Origin: Lama glama
Taxonomy: Eukaryota
Length of the DNA stretch: 64,000 bases
NCBI GenBank assembly: GCA_028534125.1
Contig: CM052817.1
Span: 36,148,001 to 36,212,000, forward strand
Reading direction: 5' to 3'
Position numbers and translations under genes: made by a program. The notes beneath the pieces are model-generated. The model saw nothing but the letters and a program-made list of their open reading frames with translations, was not told the DNA's origin and ran no database searches. This document shows positions 63,673 through 64,000 of this stretch, piece after piece (the first letter of the stretch is position 1; each line of letters opens with the position of its first letter).

Positions 63673-63810
63673 GATGTAACCGCTGAGATACAGCAGACCT
63701 CCAGATCCTATTCAGTCACACAACATTTGGAAAGAGGCCAGGCTCTGGGCTTTCCCACCCAGGCCACTGCTCCTCCCTCAGAGTTAAAAGACCATGTCTT
63801 TCAGGCTTAC

Positions 63811-63994
63811 CTCTTCCAGTTCCTCCCAGTTGTAGTTGCTGTTCCCCACCATCATGGCCCTCAGTTCTGAAGGCTGGAAGAGCTCAAGCACTTTGCCACC
63901 ACACACCTTTAGGAAGCCGCTGGAGAAGGCTGTGTACCATTCGTGAACTGAGATTTGGAAGACATAATTCACATAAGCTTCCACAAATTCCTGC
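63811..63994 (-). CDS. HERC3: HERC3 coding exon (QEFVEAYVNY...NYNWEELEE)
   Basis: tggcag| acceptor at the window edge, GAG|gtaagc donor, 184 nt. Confidence 0.93.
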
Positions 63995-64000
63995 CTGCCA

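Larger units (their letters stand above)
61223..63994 (-). other. HERC3: HERC3 gene, last three coding exons (HECT domain C-terminus)
   Basis: Spliced translation QEFVEAYVNYVF...KKKKFLLFLTGSDRIP...AHTCYNLLDLPKY...DNYEGFSLA* matches recalled HERC3; convergent with FAM13A. Confidence 0.95.

Overview
Mammalian nuclear DNA, most likely camelid (llama/alpaca/camel), inferred from tRNA-derived Vic-1-like SINEs. The window holds two convergent genes. On the + strand are the last 13 coding exons of FAM13A (2750-40928; GT-AG boundaries, phases join into one 536-aa frame ending ...KRDTDSKAM*) and its 3'UTR. On the - strand are the last 3 coding exons of the HECT E3 ligase HERC3 (63994-61223, including the AHTCYN catalytic Cys) and its 3'UTR. 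The intergenic gap is largely a decayed full-length L1 with a nested, twin-primed younger L1. Introns carry SINE, MIR, L2, CR1, MaLR and MER repeats. Nearly all ORFs in the supplied track are spurious, partial exon read-throughs or L1 remnants. I found no convincing new biological system. The best leads are regulatory or splicing-level (a candidate internal FAM13A promoter, a skippable exon carrying a B56-PP2A LxxIxE motif, an AG|GTGAG ratchet-like acceptor, a distal poly(A) site beside a small CpG cluster) and retrotransposition oddities (SINE-L1 chimera, twin priming). Gene and repeat names rest on recalled sequences, not searches; repeat boundaries are approximate.
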